From assembly GCA_041661005.1 (NCBI GenBank), contig JBAZVG010000001.1, positions 403,307 to 467,306 on the forward strand: a stretch of DNA of 64,000 nucleotides, written 5' to 3'. Below the pieces are notes generated by a model. That model made no database searches. It saw only the letters and a program-made list of their open reading frames with translations, and was not told the origin of the DNA. Position numbers and translations under genes: made by a program. The DNA comes from Minisyncoccota bacterium (GTDB lineage: Bacteria; Patescibacteriota; Minisyncoccia; Phycocordibacterales; UBA9973). Below, piece by piece: positions 20,401 through 29,044 of the stretch; position 1 is the first letter of the stretch; each line of letters starts with the position of its first letter.

Positions 20401-20636
20401 TTAGAATTATTTTCATCTGTTTTGGATTCTCCAAGAGAAAAAGAAGTAAATTCAAGTTGAAACTTTTTTGTAGAATAGTCGCTGATGGGAGAAAATTCTT
20501 TGAAAACTTCCCCAATGCCTTTTTCAATTAACCATTTGAAACTTTTTACCTGTGCTTCAATTAAATTTGGAAATTCAACTAGAGGTTTTTTGTATCTTGA
20601 AAAATATTTCTTCGGACGCGAGGTTATCGTATGCAT
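17424..20636 (-). CDS. rpoB: DNA-directed RNA polymerase subunit beta RpoB
   Basis: Conserved beta-subunit blocks throughout. The start is taken at MHTITSRPKK. The upstream MFFFDFFF extension of the ORF is rejected. Confidence 0.95.
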   Translation of the reverse strand: MHTITSRPKKYFSRYKKPLVEFPNLIEAQVKSFKWLIEKGIGEVFKEFSPISDYSTKKFQLEFTSFSLGESKTDENNSKINKLSYQGLLKARVKLTNKILGTVKEQEIFMSELPLMTSHGTFIINGVERVIVPQLARSFGVFFTESESKGSRYFGAKIIPARGVWIEIESEADGGIYIRIDKKRKFPATALLRAMGYETNEEILKVFNSLATKAPSWLGDLTAKSVEETIKTCLLKDGVKSLNDSYIEIYKRLRDGDMATADNAREFINSLFTGERYDLSPVGRFRFNKRFDKPMDEVSLSKRTISKEDLVTVIMNIIVLNNTPDGKGDDIDHLGQRRVRFVGEILQQKVRTGMMQIKRNIQDRMSIVDVDTAMPIAIINQRPLQARIKEFFTTNQLSQFMAQENVLYEIEHLRTLSALGPGGLTRERAGLEVRDVHPSHYGRVCPIHTPEGPNIGLILHLSTYAKINDFGIIETPYVKVTKGRITGEVVYLNALEEEKYNIAHAGTPYDSKGNITEEKVEARIKTEPGAISRDEVDFIDVSPNQAFSIATSMIPFLEHNNANRALMGSNMQKQAVPCVLPEAPLVATGVEELAARDSGRLIIALEDGVVSYLDAKKITVKGVSEKTYNLVNFMRNNNFAVFHQRPLVNVGDKIKKGDVLADTSSTVGGQISLGQNIFVAFLSWSGSTYEDAIIVSERLVKKSKFTSVYVEEFTAIVRDTKLGPEITTRDIPNVGELKLKDLDEDGIVRIGAEVRENDILVGKITPKGETELTPEERLLRSIFAEKARDVKDTSLRVEHGKRGRIIGVKIFSRDLGHTLEAGIIKKIVIEVAQIRNISVGDKLSGRHGNKGVISTILPEEDMPYMADGTPVDVVLSPLGVPSRMNLGQILEMHLGMAANSLGYQAIVPPFLGAKHEEIEGELIKAGLPKNGKIKLFDGRTGEAFEQDVAVGYMYMLKLHHMVEDKIHMRSIGPYSLITQQPLGGKAQGGGQRFGEMEVWALEGYGAAYTLREMLTIKSDDILGRSATFDSIIKNETIRPPNSPASFNVLLNYLRGLALDVDLRKGVSKEI

Positions 20637-20868
20637 GTTTTTTTTACCTAAATAAACAAAAAAGAAATCAAAGAAAAACAAAGGGAAAAATGCTTTTCTT
20701 TAGCCTCTTAAAATATATTTAGAATGATTAAGTTAAAAACCTTGTAATATATACACAGGATTGCATCCGATACTCAATCAATGAATCAAATACACCCTAC
20801 TCTATTTGAACTTTTTTGTCAAATTTCCTTTGGGGATATTGCCTTATTGTAAATTACCCTTCTGATTA

Positions 20869-21483
20869 TTAGTTAGATTTAATGCGTAGAGAACTAACAA
20901 TTGTGTCAAATAATTCTTGATCAAATTCTTTTCCTGACCCATACGTACCTCCATTTATAGTGACTGAATATTCTTTTCCTCTAAAAATTTCTGGTAATTG
21001 GTCTCCTCTTAAATAGCCAACTAAAAAAGGATTGCCATCGGCATCAGAAGTGGTCTCTACAGCTTTGTTGCCAAAAAGATTTATAAGTTTTGGTTCTAAA
21101 TATCCTGAATTAGTACCAGTAAGAATAAAATCCACATATTCGCTAGGTTTTAAAACTTTTATATTTGTATTATTTTGAGGCACAAAATCTCGTATATAAA
21201 TTGTAGGTGCAACTTCAGAAAGATAGCCATCACGCAATATTTTCCCCACACTTACACGGAATTCATACCCACCTTCATATCCACCCGAGGCATAAACTCC
21301 ATATCCTTGTGGTAAATCAAATTCAATTGGACCATTGCCTATTGTAATTGTATTGAAATTTTTAACTTCGGAAGTATTTTTTATTTCCTCAACATCTACC
21401 TTTTTATCGCTAAAATACCATGCACCAGCCATCGCAAGAATAACAATAACAAGAAAACTAATCAAAATATTTTGTTTATTCAT
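20869..21483 (-). CDS. Secreted hypothetical protein
   Basis: N-terminal signal/TM segment. No family recognised. Confidence 0.3.
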   Translation of the reverse strand: MNKQNILISFLVIVILAMAGAWYFSDKKVDVEEIKNTSEVKNFNTITIGNGPIEFDLPQGYGVYASGGYEGGYEFRVSVGKILRDGYLSEVAPTIYIRDFVPQNNTNIKVLKPSEYVDFILTGTNSGYLEPKLINLFGNKAVETTSDADGNPFLVGYLRGDQLPEIFRGKEYSVTINGGTYGSGKEFDQELFDTIVSSLRIKSN

Positions 21484-21542
21484 ATAACTGTATTATATAC
21501 TATCAACCTTTCTCTTTCCACTCCTTTGTTTTTTTATTTTTG

Positions 21543-21580
21543 TTATCTAATTTTTACGCATATGCTAGAATTTCAGATAA
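21543..21580. promoter_or_regulatory. Imperfect palindrome TTATCTAA-N20-TTCAGATAA, 3' of PaaX-like paralog 2
   Basis: About 25/28 identical to the 5' site at 22205..22241 (shared GCATATGC...TTTCAGATAAGAA). Confidence 0.5.
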
Positions 21581-21588
21581 GAAATAGA

Positions 21589-22203
21589 TCAAGATAACCG
21601 AAATTGTTTCTTTAATTTCTCATCCCTTAAAATATTTTCTACCGTTAGAATTTCCACATACTTCCCTACTCCAAAGAAATCAGCAATATAAATTATTTCG
21701 TCTTCACAAGGATAGGGATATATCCAGGCAGATTTTTGAAACTGAAAAAAATCTAGTGCTTTCAAATTATAACGTAATGCTTCCCTGCCCTTGGTAAATC
21801 TCATGGGAATATCAAACATGACCAATCTCCATTTTCCATCCCATTTTTTTGGTTTACTAATCTTCATAAGCTCAATATCAAAAGCTCTTAATTTAGTTTC
21901 ACCTTTCTTGGTAATTTTAACTATCGTTTTTCCATCCTTGTCACAGACGTATTCTATTAGCTTTTGACGCTTCATGCTATCCATCACGCTACTGATTTGC
22001 TTATTGGAATATTTCTTAGAACCTTTGAACATTTTAAATACTTGCACTGCATTACCCATAACCGAAGCTCCTAGCACAAGTACAGGTATTGAAGCTAAAG
22101 CCAATACGCAAAGTGCTACCGTAGTGATCTTTGCTTCAGTGGTATCAGAATTTAAAAAATCTTTTAGTCTTTCCATGTACGAATCTTTTTTCATCTGATT
22201 CAT
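21589..22203 (-). CDS. PaaX-like transcriptional regulator, short form (paralog 2)
   Basis: KKWDGKWRLVMFDIPMRFTKGREALRYNLKALDFFQFQKSAWIYPYPCEDEI. This is the same WDGKW block as E. coli PaaX. A winged helix precedes it, and there is an N-terminal hydrophobic segment. Confidence 0.5.
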   Translation of the reverse strand: MNQMKKDSYMERLKDFLNSDTTEAKITTVALCVLALASIPVLVLGASVMGNAVQVFKMFKGSKKYSNKQISSVMDSMKRQKLIEYVCDKDGKTIVKITKKGETKLRAFDIELMKISKPKKWDGKWRLVMFDIPMRFTKGREALRYNLKALDFFQFQKSAWIYPYPCEDEIIYIADFFGVGKYVEILTVENILRDEKLKKQFRLS

Positions 22204-22204
22204 A

Positions 22205-22241
22205 TATCTGAAATTATAGCATATGCAGACTTTTCAGATAA
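22205..22241. promoter_or_regulatory. Palindrome TATCTGAAA-N18-TTTCAGATA abutting the start codon of paralog 2
   Basis: Perfect 9-bp arms. On the minus strand a TATAAT hexamer lies inside it about 14-19 nt upstream of the ATG. This is an operator-over-promoter layout. Confidence 0.55.
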
Positions 22242-22246
22242 GAATT

Positions 22247-22657
22247 CTATACTTTCATAATATATCCAAAACCATTTAATGCTGGAGTCAGATTAACATA
22301 ACTTCTGAAAAGGCGGAGGCGAGCTTGTTCTCTTTTTCTTTCATTTTCTGGTTTATCTTCTCCATTAGGGTATAACCAAAATTCATTTATGCCACTGTCT
22401 TTAGCAACTTCTTTAATGCAAGCTGAAATATATTTCATATCGACACCTTCCCTTCGGAGTTCGGGCTGGTTCTTGGAATCTTTATTGTATTCAGTGTTAA
22501 AAGTGCCAAATAGGATCTCTGGTAATTCTTTATAGTTTTTTCCAGAAGTATCTATCGCAATCACAACATGATTGAAAACATACAAAGCAACATCTTTTTT
22601 GTGCTGTTTTTTCTCAAACGAAAGATTGTGCTCTGCATTTATTTTATTTTCTTCCAT
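22247..22657 (-). CDS. Hypothetical protein
   Basis: 136-aa ORF immediately upstream of paralog 2. No family recognised. Confidence 0.3.
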   Translation of the reverse strand: MEENKINAEHNLSFEKKQHKKDVALYVFNHVVIAIDTSGKNYKELPEILFGTFNTEYNKDSKNQPELRREGVDMKYISACIKEVAKDSGINEFWLYPNGEDKPENERKREQARLRLFRSYVNLTPALNGFGYIMKV

Positions 22658-22737
22658 TCTTCTATTTTAGCATGATTCCCGGAAAGTAAAATTTTTGGGA
22701 CCCCAGTAGAACAGCAAAGCTGTCTACGGGGCATGCT

Positions 22738-23397
22738 TTATAATTTTTTTTTCCAAAGGTCAATATTCTTATGATTACCTGACAACAACACCTTTGGAAC
22801 TCTATAGCTTTTACCACGATATTTTAAAATTTCTGGGCGAGTGTAAACTTCACTACTTGAAACCCTTTCTTCTTCCAACGATTCATATTTCCCCAAAACT
22901 CCGGGAATCTGACGAGAAATTGAATCTATTAAAACCATGGCTGGAAGCTCTCCGCCAGTCAATACATAATCCCCGATCGAGATTTCTTCAGCCCGCAATA
23001 TTTTTTGAGCTCGCGCATCGATACCCTCATATCGTCCAGAAATTAAAATAATATCTGTATATTTTTTTGCTGAAATTTTTGCATAAGCTGTATCAAACTT
23101 TTTGCCAGATGGAGAAAATAAAACAACTTTTAACTTAACTGTCTTTTTAGCCTTTAGCTTTTTGAAAACAGCCTCAACCGCTTTCAAAATTGGTTCTGCT
23201 TTCATAACCATACCTGGACCACCTCCGTAAGGCCTATCATCGACAGGTTTATAATTATTTTTTGGCGCTCTGATAAAATCTCTGGGATTATAAAATTTTA
23301 CCGCCAAGAGCTTATTTTTTATTGCCCGTCCAATAATAGACTCATTTAGGTATGAATCGAAAATATTCGGAAAAATTGTTATTATATGAAAACGCAT
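22738..23397 (-). CDS. trmD: tRNA (guanine37-N1)-methyltransferase TrmD
   Basis: MRFHIITIFPNIF...GRYEGIDARA...LTGGELPAMVLIDS TrmD/SPOUT motifs. Start at the internal Met. Confidence 0.85.
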   Translation of the reverse strand: MRFHIITIFPNIFDSYLNESIIGRAIKNKLLAVKFYNPRDFIRAPKNNYKPVDDRPYGGGPGMVMKAEPILKAVEAVFKKLKAKKTVKLKVVLFSPSGKKFDTAYAKISAKKYTDIILISGRYEGIDARAQKILRAEEISIGDYVLTGGELPAMVLIDSISRQIPGVLGKYESLEEERVSSSEVYTRPEILKYRGKSYRVPKVLLSGNHKNIDLWKKKL

Positions 23398-23500
23398 ATA
23401 AACATAATACATAAAAAAGAGCGAATACAAAAGTTTTCGCCTGGAGCAACTGGATTCTTCTTTGCTCCCAGAAAATTTTTGTATTCGCTCTTTTTAAAAA

Positions 23501-23845
23501 CTAAATTCCTTTCAAATCCTCCATCGCTTGGTCAACAGTCTTCAGAGAAGATGGAGCGCTACTCATGTGTCCCACAGAACTTTGTGGTCGAGTGCTTCCC
23601 TCTGGCTCATTGATCTTTAGATTTACGCGGGCGTTATTCTTCATCCCGATGATTCGCAAAAGAGTGCGGATAGCTTTGGCAGTGTTCCCCATTCTTCCGA
23701 TAATCTTGCCCATGTCGGCAGGATTTACAGTAAGACTGATAAGCACCCCCATCTCGTCCACAGTACGATCGATTTTTATATCGTTCGGATTGTCGACAAG
23801 AGCTTTTACCACATACTCCAGAAATATCTGATCAGCGTCTTGCAT
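23501..23845 (-). CDS. KH-domain RNA-binding protein (UPF0109/KhpA-like)
   Basis: GKIIGRMGNTAKAIRTLL GxxG KH motif. Sits between rpsP and trmD as in the rpsP operon. Confidence 0.7.
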   Translation of the reverse strand: MQDADQIFLEYVVKALVDNPNDIKIDRTVDEMGVLISLTVNPADMGKIIGRMGNTAKAIRTLLRIIGMKNNARVNLKINEPEGSTRPQSSVGHMSSAPSSLKTVDQAMEDLKGI

Positions 23846-23958
23846 ATGTTTCAGTAAATTTTTATTTTTTAATCAAATGCAGTGTACGACCGATACTGCT
23901 TGCGGTAATTATACCCTGCAGTAAAATTTTTGCAAAATTTACTACGGGGCAAGTAAAA

Positions 23959-24285
23959 CTATTTTTTGGCTTTCAACTCCTTTTTCTTTTGGGTTGGTTT
24001 CTTCTTCGGCAGAACATTCACTTTTTTGCCTTCTATGATTTTTCCATGCACTAGAAAATTGTGCATCGTATCTGAAAGTTTTGCTCCTTTGGAAAGCCAA
24101 TACTTTATTCGGTCATCAACAAAACTCGTCCGCTGTTTCTTGTCTGCCACCTTTGGATTGTATGTTCCGAGTATTTCTAAAAATTTTCCACTCTTCGTGC
24201 TGTTCTTTGAGTCAGTCAAAACCACTCGAAAAGCTGGATCGTTCTTTCTGCCTATTCTTTGCAATCTTATTTTTAACATGGTCAT
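23959..24285 (-). CDS. rpsP: 30S ribosomal protein S16
   Basis: MLKIRLQRIGRKNDPAFRVVLTDSKNSTKSGKFLEILGTYNP, with a Lys-rich C-terminal tail. Confidence 0.85.
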   Translation of the reverse strand: MTMLKIRLQRIGRKNDPAFRVVLTDSKNSTKSGKFLEILGTYNPKVADKKQRTSFVDDRIKYWLSKGAKLSDTMHNFLVHGKIIEGKKVNVLPKKKPTQKKKELKAKK

Positions 24286-24342
24286 AGCTTAACATAAATT
24301 ACAAAAAAGGCAAACATTGCTACTTTATGTTATATTTACCGA

Positions 24343-26487
24343 GTGAAAAACCAAATGAATAAAAAAGAGGGCCTCGCCCGTAGGCCTATGGCCGAGGGCA
24401 TTATATCCATTACCTCCAAAGGCACTGGATATGTTGCCATTGGGGACGCAAAAAACAAACAAGACCCAGAAATTGATTCCAAGTATTTGAATACTGCCCT
24501 GCATGGAGATCTAGTCGAAATTACCCTGCATCCAAAAGGTAAAGCAAGACAGACAGCTGAAGTTTCAAAAATAATCACCCGCGCGAAAATGCGTTTTGCT
24601 GGAGTTTTAGAATTAGACCCCACCAAGAACGGGGCAAGAAACAATATATTTTTCTTGAAACCAGATGATACAAAAATGTACACGGATATTCTAATACCCG
24701 AGGGAGAATTAAACGGAGCAAAGGCGGGACAAAAAGTCTTTGTGGAAATAACTTCTTGGACAGATGCAAGCAAAGCTCCTGTCGGAAAAGTAATCAAAAT
24801 TTTAGGAAATCCGGGAGATAATGACACAGAAATGCATTCTATCGCAATGGAAAAAGGATTCGATTCAGAATTACCCCAAGAAGTAGAGAACGAGGCCAGA
24901 GAAATAAAAATACGCGGTATAAAAGAAAGTGATTACGCATCGCGTCGCGATTTCAGAAAAACTTTAACTTTCACCATTGACCCCTCAGATGCAAAAGATT
25001 TCGATGATGCAATTTCGTTTCGAGTTATTAATTCCCCTCTTGAGGGGTGGCCGAAGGACGGGGTGGAAAATGCATCCACCTCCCTCCGACAAAAGTCGGA
25101 GTACTCCTCAAGAGGAGAATTGTACGAAATAGGCATACATATAGCAGACGTATCGCATTATGTAAAAATAGGCAGTGCTTTGGATGTCGAAGCGCGAGAA
25201 CGAGGAACTTCGGTTTATTTAGTGGATAGGACAATACCGATGTTGCCCGAGACATTATCAAATGATCTATGTAGCCTGGTACCCAATAAAGACAGACTCA
25301 CCATGAGCGCAGTTTTTATTATGGACAAAAATGCCAAAGTAAAAAATGAATGGTATGGCGCTACCATTATACATTCTCAAAAAAGATTTACTTATGAAGA
25401 AGCCGAGGAATCCCTCGGCCATAGCCCTACGGGCGAGGCAATCAAAAAACTGAATGCTCCCCTGCATAAAGAATTGTCTATTTTAAATGATCTGGCAAAA
25501 AAATTAACAAAAGAAAGATTTGATAACGGCGCCATATCGCTTGATCAGGAAGAAGTAAAATTTGTATTAGATAAGAATGGAACACCGATAAAAGTAATCA
25601 CAAAAGAGCGCGGAGATTCTAATAGATTAATTGAGGAATTCATGCTTCTTGCCAACAAAAGAGTGGCGAAGATTTTATCTCCCCAATCTTCCCGCAGTCA
25701 CCTATCTGGGAAAGAAGAAAATAATAATATTTCTATATACCGCGTGCATGATCTACCAAGCAAGGAAAAGATGGCAGATCTGGCATTTTTTCTGCGAAGT
25801 TTGGGACATAAAATATCTTTAGTAAACGGAGTCATACCCAGTCATGAAATAAATAATCTTCTAAAAAAATTAGAAGGAAAGAATGAGGAAAACACAGTGA
25901 ATCGCGCGGTGATACGCTCCATGGCAAAAGCGATTTATTCAACCAAAAACATCGGGCACTACGGACTCGCTTTTGAGCATTACACGCACTTCACTTCCCC
26001 GATCAGACGATACCCGGATATCATAGTGCACAGATTACTTGCCAATTTTCTTGCCGGTAAAAAAGTCGGCAAAGAAAAATTGCTTGAATATGAAAAAATC
26101 GCCAGAATTTCATCTGAACAGGAAAAACGCGCTTCCGATGCTGAACGAGCTTCCATCAAATATAAACAAGTTGAGTATATGTCGAAGCGTCTAGGAGAAA
26201 ATTTCGAGGGAATCATAAGTGGAATTACAGAGTGGGGCATTTATGTAGAAGAAACAGAAACGAAATGCGAAGGACTAGTGCGAATACGTGACATGAGCGA
26301 TGATTTTTATGTTTTTAATGAAAAGAAAATAGAATTAGTTGGACAAGGGAAGAAGTCCCGACGCCCTTCGGGGTCGGGATCCCGATCGCAAGCATCGGGA
26401 AAAAAATATCGACTAGGCGATCGTGTTAAGATAAAAGTAAAAGGAACTGATCTGGAGAAAAAAACAATAGACTACGTTTTATTATAG
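24343..26487 (+). CDS. rnr: Ribonuclease R (RNB family, VacB)
   Basis: RNB catalytic motif IGIHIADVSHYV and a C-terminal S1 domain. Carries a roughly 92-bp in-frame repeat-element insertion at 25029..25120. Confidence 0.85.
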   Translation: MKNQMNKKEGLARRPMAEGIISITSKGTGYVAIGDAKNKQDPEIDSKYLNTALHGDLVEITLHPKGKARQTAEVSKIITRAKMRFAGVLELDPTKNGARNNIFFLKPDDTKMYTDILIPEGELNGAKAGQKVFVEITSWTDASKAPVGKVIKILGNPGDNDTEMHSIAMEKGFDSELPQEVENEAREIKIRGIKESDYASRRDFRKTLTFTIDPSDAKDFDDAISFRVINSPLEGWPKDGVENASTSLRQKSEYSSRGELYEIGIHIADVSHYVKIGSALDVEARERGTSVYLVDRTIPMLPETLSNDLCSLVPNKDRLTMSAVFIMDKNAKVKNEWYGATIIHSQKRFTYEEAEESLGHSPTGEAIKKLNAPLHKELSILNDLAKKLTKERFDNGAISLDQEEVKFVLDKNGTPIKVITKERGDSNRLIEEFMLLANKRVAKILSPQSSRSHLSGKEENNNISIYRVHDLPSKEKMADLAFFLRSLGHKISLVNGVIPSHEINNLLKKLEGKNEENTVNRAVIRSMAKAIYSTKNIGHYGLAFEHYTHFTSPIRRYPDIIVHRLLANFLAGKKVGKEKLLEYEKIARISSEQEKRASDAERASIKYKQVEYMSKRLGENFEGIISGITEWGIYVEETETKCEGLVRIRDMSDDFYVFNEKKIELVGQGKKSRRPSGSGSRSQASGKKYRLGDRVKIKVKGTDLEKKTIDYVLL
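25029..25120 (+). repeat. GC-rich multi-hairpin mosaic element, copy A (in-frame within rnr)
   Basis: ATTCCCCTCTTGAGGGGTGG...GACGGGGTGGAAAATGCATCCACCTCCCTCCGACAAAAGTCGGAGTACTCCTCAAGAGGAGAAT. Five successive hairpins. Homologous copies at 56870, 63309(-) and 63812. Confidence 0.75.
26357..26400 (+). repeat. Two adjacent GC-rich hairpins inside the rnr C-terminal tail
   Basis: CCCGACGCCC-TTCG-GGGTCGGG and TCCCGAT-N8-ATCGGGA. They encode SRRPSGSGSRSQASG. Confidence 0.35.
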
Positions 26488-26499
26488 ATTTTTTAAAAT

Positions 26500-27594
26500 A
26501 TGCCAGAAAAAATTAAACTAAGAATTGGATTAGTGTTTTGGATAATATGTCCGGTAATCATCGGCGTTTTTTTGACATCCTCTATATTGCCATTTTTCGA
26601 ACATATTGAATCAAAAACTGCGCCCCAGGTGGCATATGTGAATACGGCAACGGAAGAAATACCCGAAATAAAAGATCCTGATTTTTTAACACTTACTTTT
26701 GTCGGAGACATAATGCTTGATCGTGGAGTAAAAAAATCAGTAATAAAAAATTTAGATGGAGACTATAAAAAATTATTTGAAAGTGTGGAAATACTTAAAG
26801 ATTCCGACATAACTTTTGCAAATCTGGAAGGTCCTGTGTCAGATAAAGGTAAAGACAGACACAATCTATATTCTTTTCGCATGGAACCTATCGTTGTGGA
26901 ATCTTTGAAAGACGCAGGCATAGACATAGTATCAGTTGCCAATAATCATGTCGGAGACTGGGGACGAGATGCATATGTTGATAATTTAACACAATTAACG
27001 GACGGAGAAATACTTTACACTGGTGGAGGAATAGACAGCTTTGAGGCAGAACAACCGACGATTATTGAAAAATACGGAATCAAAATAGGTTTTCTCGGTT
27101 TTTCGGACGTCGGACCAAATGATATGAAGGCAGAAATAGACGAGGCAGGTCTGTTGCTTGCACACAATCCGTATTTTGATGAAATAATCCAAAATGCTTC
27201 AAAACAAGTGGATTATCTGATAGTCTCCTTCCACTTTGGTGACGAATACAAACCAAAACATAATGCAAGACAAGAATACCTAGCGCACAGAGCAGTAGAT
27301 GCTGGCGCAAAAATAGTGATAGGACATCATCCACATGTCATACAGGACACAGAAATTTACAAAAATAGTCATTGCCTCGCCGAAACTCACTGTGAGGGCG
27401 GGTTTATCGCCTACTCGCTCGGCAACTTTATTTTTGATCAATCTTGGAGCGAGCCGACCATGCAAGGTATGCTCTTAGAAATTAAATTAAATAAAGACGG
27501 CTCGATGACAGCTAAAAAAGACACCTTTAAGCTGAATAAATTTTTCCAACCAGGGGAAATAATCAGAGGTGAAGAAGAGGAAGTGAGATTTTAG
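26500..27594 (+). CDS. CapA/PGA_cap-family metallophosphatase-like protein
   Basis: LTFVGDIMLDRG, FANLEGP, VANNHVGDWG and GHHPHV motifs. N-terminal TM segment. Confidence 0.65.
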   Translation: MPEKIKLRIGLVFWIICPVIIGVFLTSSILPFFEHIESKTAPQVAYVNTATEEIPEIKDPDFLTLTFVGDIMLDRGVKKSVIKNLDGDYKKLFESVEILKDSDITFANLEGPVSDKGKDRHNLYSFRMEPIVVESLKDAGIDIVSVANNHVGDWGRDAYVDNLTQLTDGEILYTGGGIDSFEAEQPTIIEKYGIKIGFLGFSDVGPNDMKAEIDEAGLLLAHNPYFDEIIQNASKQVDYLIVSFHFGDEYKPKHNARQEYLAHRAVDAGAKIVIGHHPHVIQDTEIYKNSHCLAETHCEGGFIAYSLGNFIFDQSWSEPTMQGMLLEIKLNKDGSMTAKKDTFKLNKFFQPGEIIRGEEEEVRF

Positions 27595-27655
27595 GCTAAA
27601 TTCAGCGAAGTTGAATCGCCCGACGCTTCTGAAGAAGCGTTTAGGGAAGCAAAAA

Positions 27656-28369
27656 CTACTTTGTAAATTTGAAAGTGGAAAGAATTTTATTGAAAATAGG
27701 TTTATCGGTGACAAGTAAAGCAACTATATTTTTGTCATTTGAGAGATAAATTACTTTATGTTTTCCACCGAGGTCAAAAAAACCTTCTGATGGAATAACA
27801 GAACACATAGTTTCGCATTCAAATGATGATCCTTCATAATTACCAACTTTCGTTTCAGATAAATTTGTTACCTTACTAGGCATATATTGGTAATAATCAT
27901 GTTTGGTGGCATACTCGGAATTTTTTTTATCCGCTTTATTATTATAGTCGTACGCATACTGAGCATACTCCTTTGAAGTTTGATTGACTTGTATGTTAAA
28001 AACAGAAAATTGATCTCGCCACACAATATGAGACTGATGAGGAGGTCCGGGATTTCTTGAACTCAATGGATCAAATATAGTAACAAAATTTGATTTTTCA
28101 AGAGGATTTTTACTTTGTCCAGCGTCTGGATAATATCTGTCATTATTTTCTATCTCTAGGCTTACTGGGTACTTAAACTCAAACCCATATTTTACATTTG
28201 TATATGTTTTCCAATTAGAAGTATTTGTCTGTTGTGTTCCAATATCAACCACAGCCGGCGCTTCTGCTTTTTTACTTTTATAAATTAAATAACCACCGCC
28301 TCCGATAACTAATAAAGCAATAATTGATATTAATAACGGCACAACGGAACCCTTTTGTAAGTTTTTCAT
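27656..28369 (-). CDS. Secreted/membrane-anchored hypothetical protein (paralog of 12535..13011)
   Basis: Shared WKTYTNVKYGFEFKYP motif and the same C-terminal ILSTFKFTK as 12535..13011. Confidence 0.45.
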   Translation of the reverse strand: MKNLQKGSVVPLLISIIALLVIGGGGYLIYKSKKAEAPAVVDIGTQQTNTSNWKTYTNVKYGFEFKYPVSLEIENNDRYYPDAGQSKNPLEKSNFVTIFDPLSSRNPGPPHQSHIVWRDQFSVFNIQVNQTSKEYAQYAYDYNNKADKKNSEYATKHDYYQYMPSKVTNLSETKVGNYEGSSFECETMCSVIPSEGFFDLGGKHKVIYLSNDKNIVALLVTDKPIFNKILSTFKFTK

Positions 28370-28465
28370 ATGCTATTATTATATCATAAGTAGAAAAAAG
28401 TTATGGACATCACAAAAAATACTGTCATGAATTTGTCTGTCAAACACCCGATGTTTGACATAGTA

Positions 28466-29041
28466 TTATTGATATCCAGCTTCTGTAAGTAACTTTTTTA
28501 GTAGTTGAAGAGGTGTGCCAGTAACGCTTCCTTTATCCCCTTCAATTTTTTCCACGTATGGCTCCATAATCGGATGTTGAATTCCAAAACCTCCTGCCCG
28601 TGAAAGTGGTTCTCCATTTTTAATAAAATCTTCTATCATAAAAGGGGGGAATTTTTTAAAGAAAACTTTTGCTTTATCAACACCCTCATATCTTTTACCA
28701 GTTATTGTATTTATTACTACAATAGCAGACACTGTTTCTGGAACCAGATCTTCACTATATTTCTTTAGAAATTCTCGCGCTTCGATTTCTGTTTTTGGTT
28801 TTTCGTAAAGCTTACCATTTCCTATTACTACCGTGTCCAAAGCAATAATCAGGGCTGGCTCTTTTATTTTTTTCATAAGATCATCAGCTTTTGCTCTCGC
28901 TAAAATCAATGGTCTTTCGTATGAATTGTTTGTTTCAATCAATTTTTCATCAATATCAGGATTAAAAATGTCGAAAACATATCCAGCTTTTTCAAGAATT
29001 TCTTTTCGATGTTTAGAAGATGAACCAAGAATTAATTTCAT
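28466..29041 (-). CDS. maf: Maf-like nucleoside triphosphate pyrophosphatase
   Basis: LILGSSSKHRKEIL N-terminus and Maf family conservation. Confidence 0.75.
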   Translation of the reverse strand: MKLILGSSSKHRKEILEKAGYVFDIFNPDIDEKLIETNNSYERPLILARAKADDLMKKIKEPALIIALDTVVIGNGKLYEKPKTEIEAREFLKKYSEDLVPETVSAIVVINTITGKRYEGVDKAKVFFKKFPPFMIEDFIKNGEPLSRAGGFGIQHPIMEPYVEKIEGDKGSVTGTPLQLLKKLLTEAGYQ

Positions 29042-29044
29042 AAT

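Noticed and set aside
20637-20681. N-terminal extension MFFFDFFFVYLGKKN on the rpoB ORF
   Set aside because: It is hydrophobic junk upstream of the conserved MHTITSRPKK start. Similar extensions were trimmed for trmD, the MazF-like gene and the phosphoesterase.
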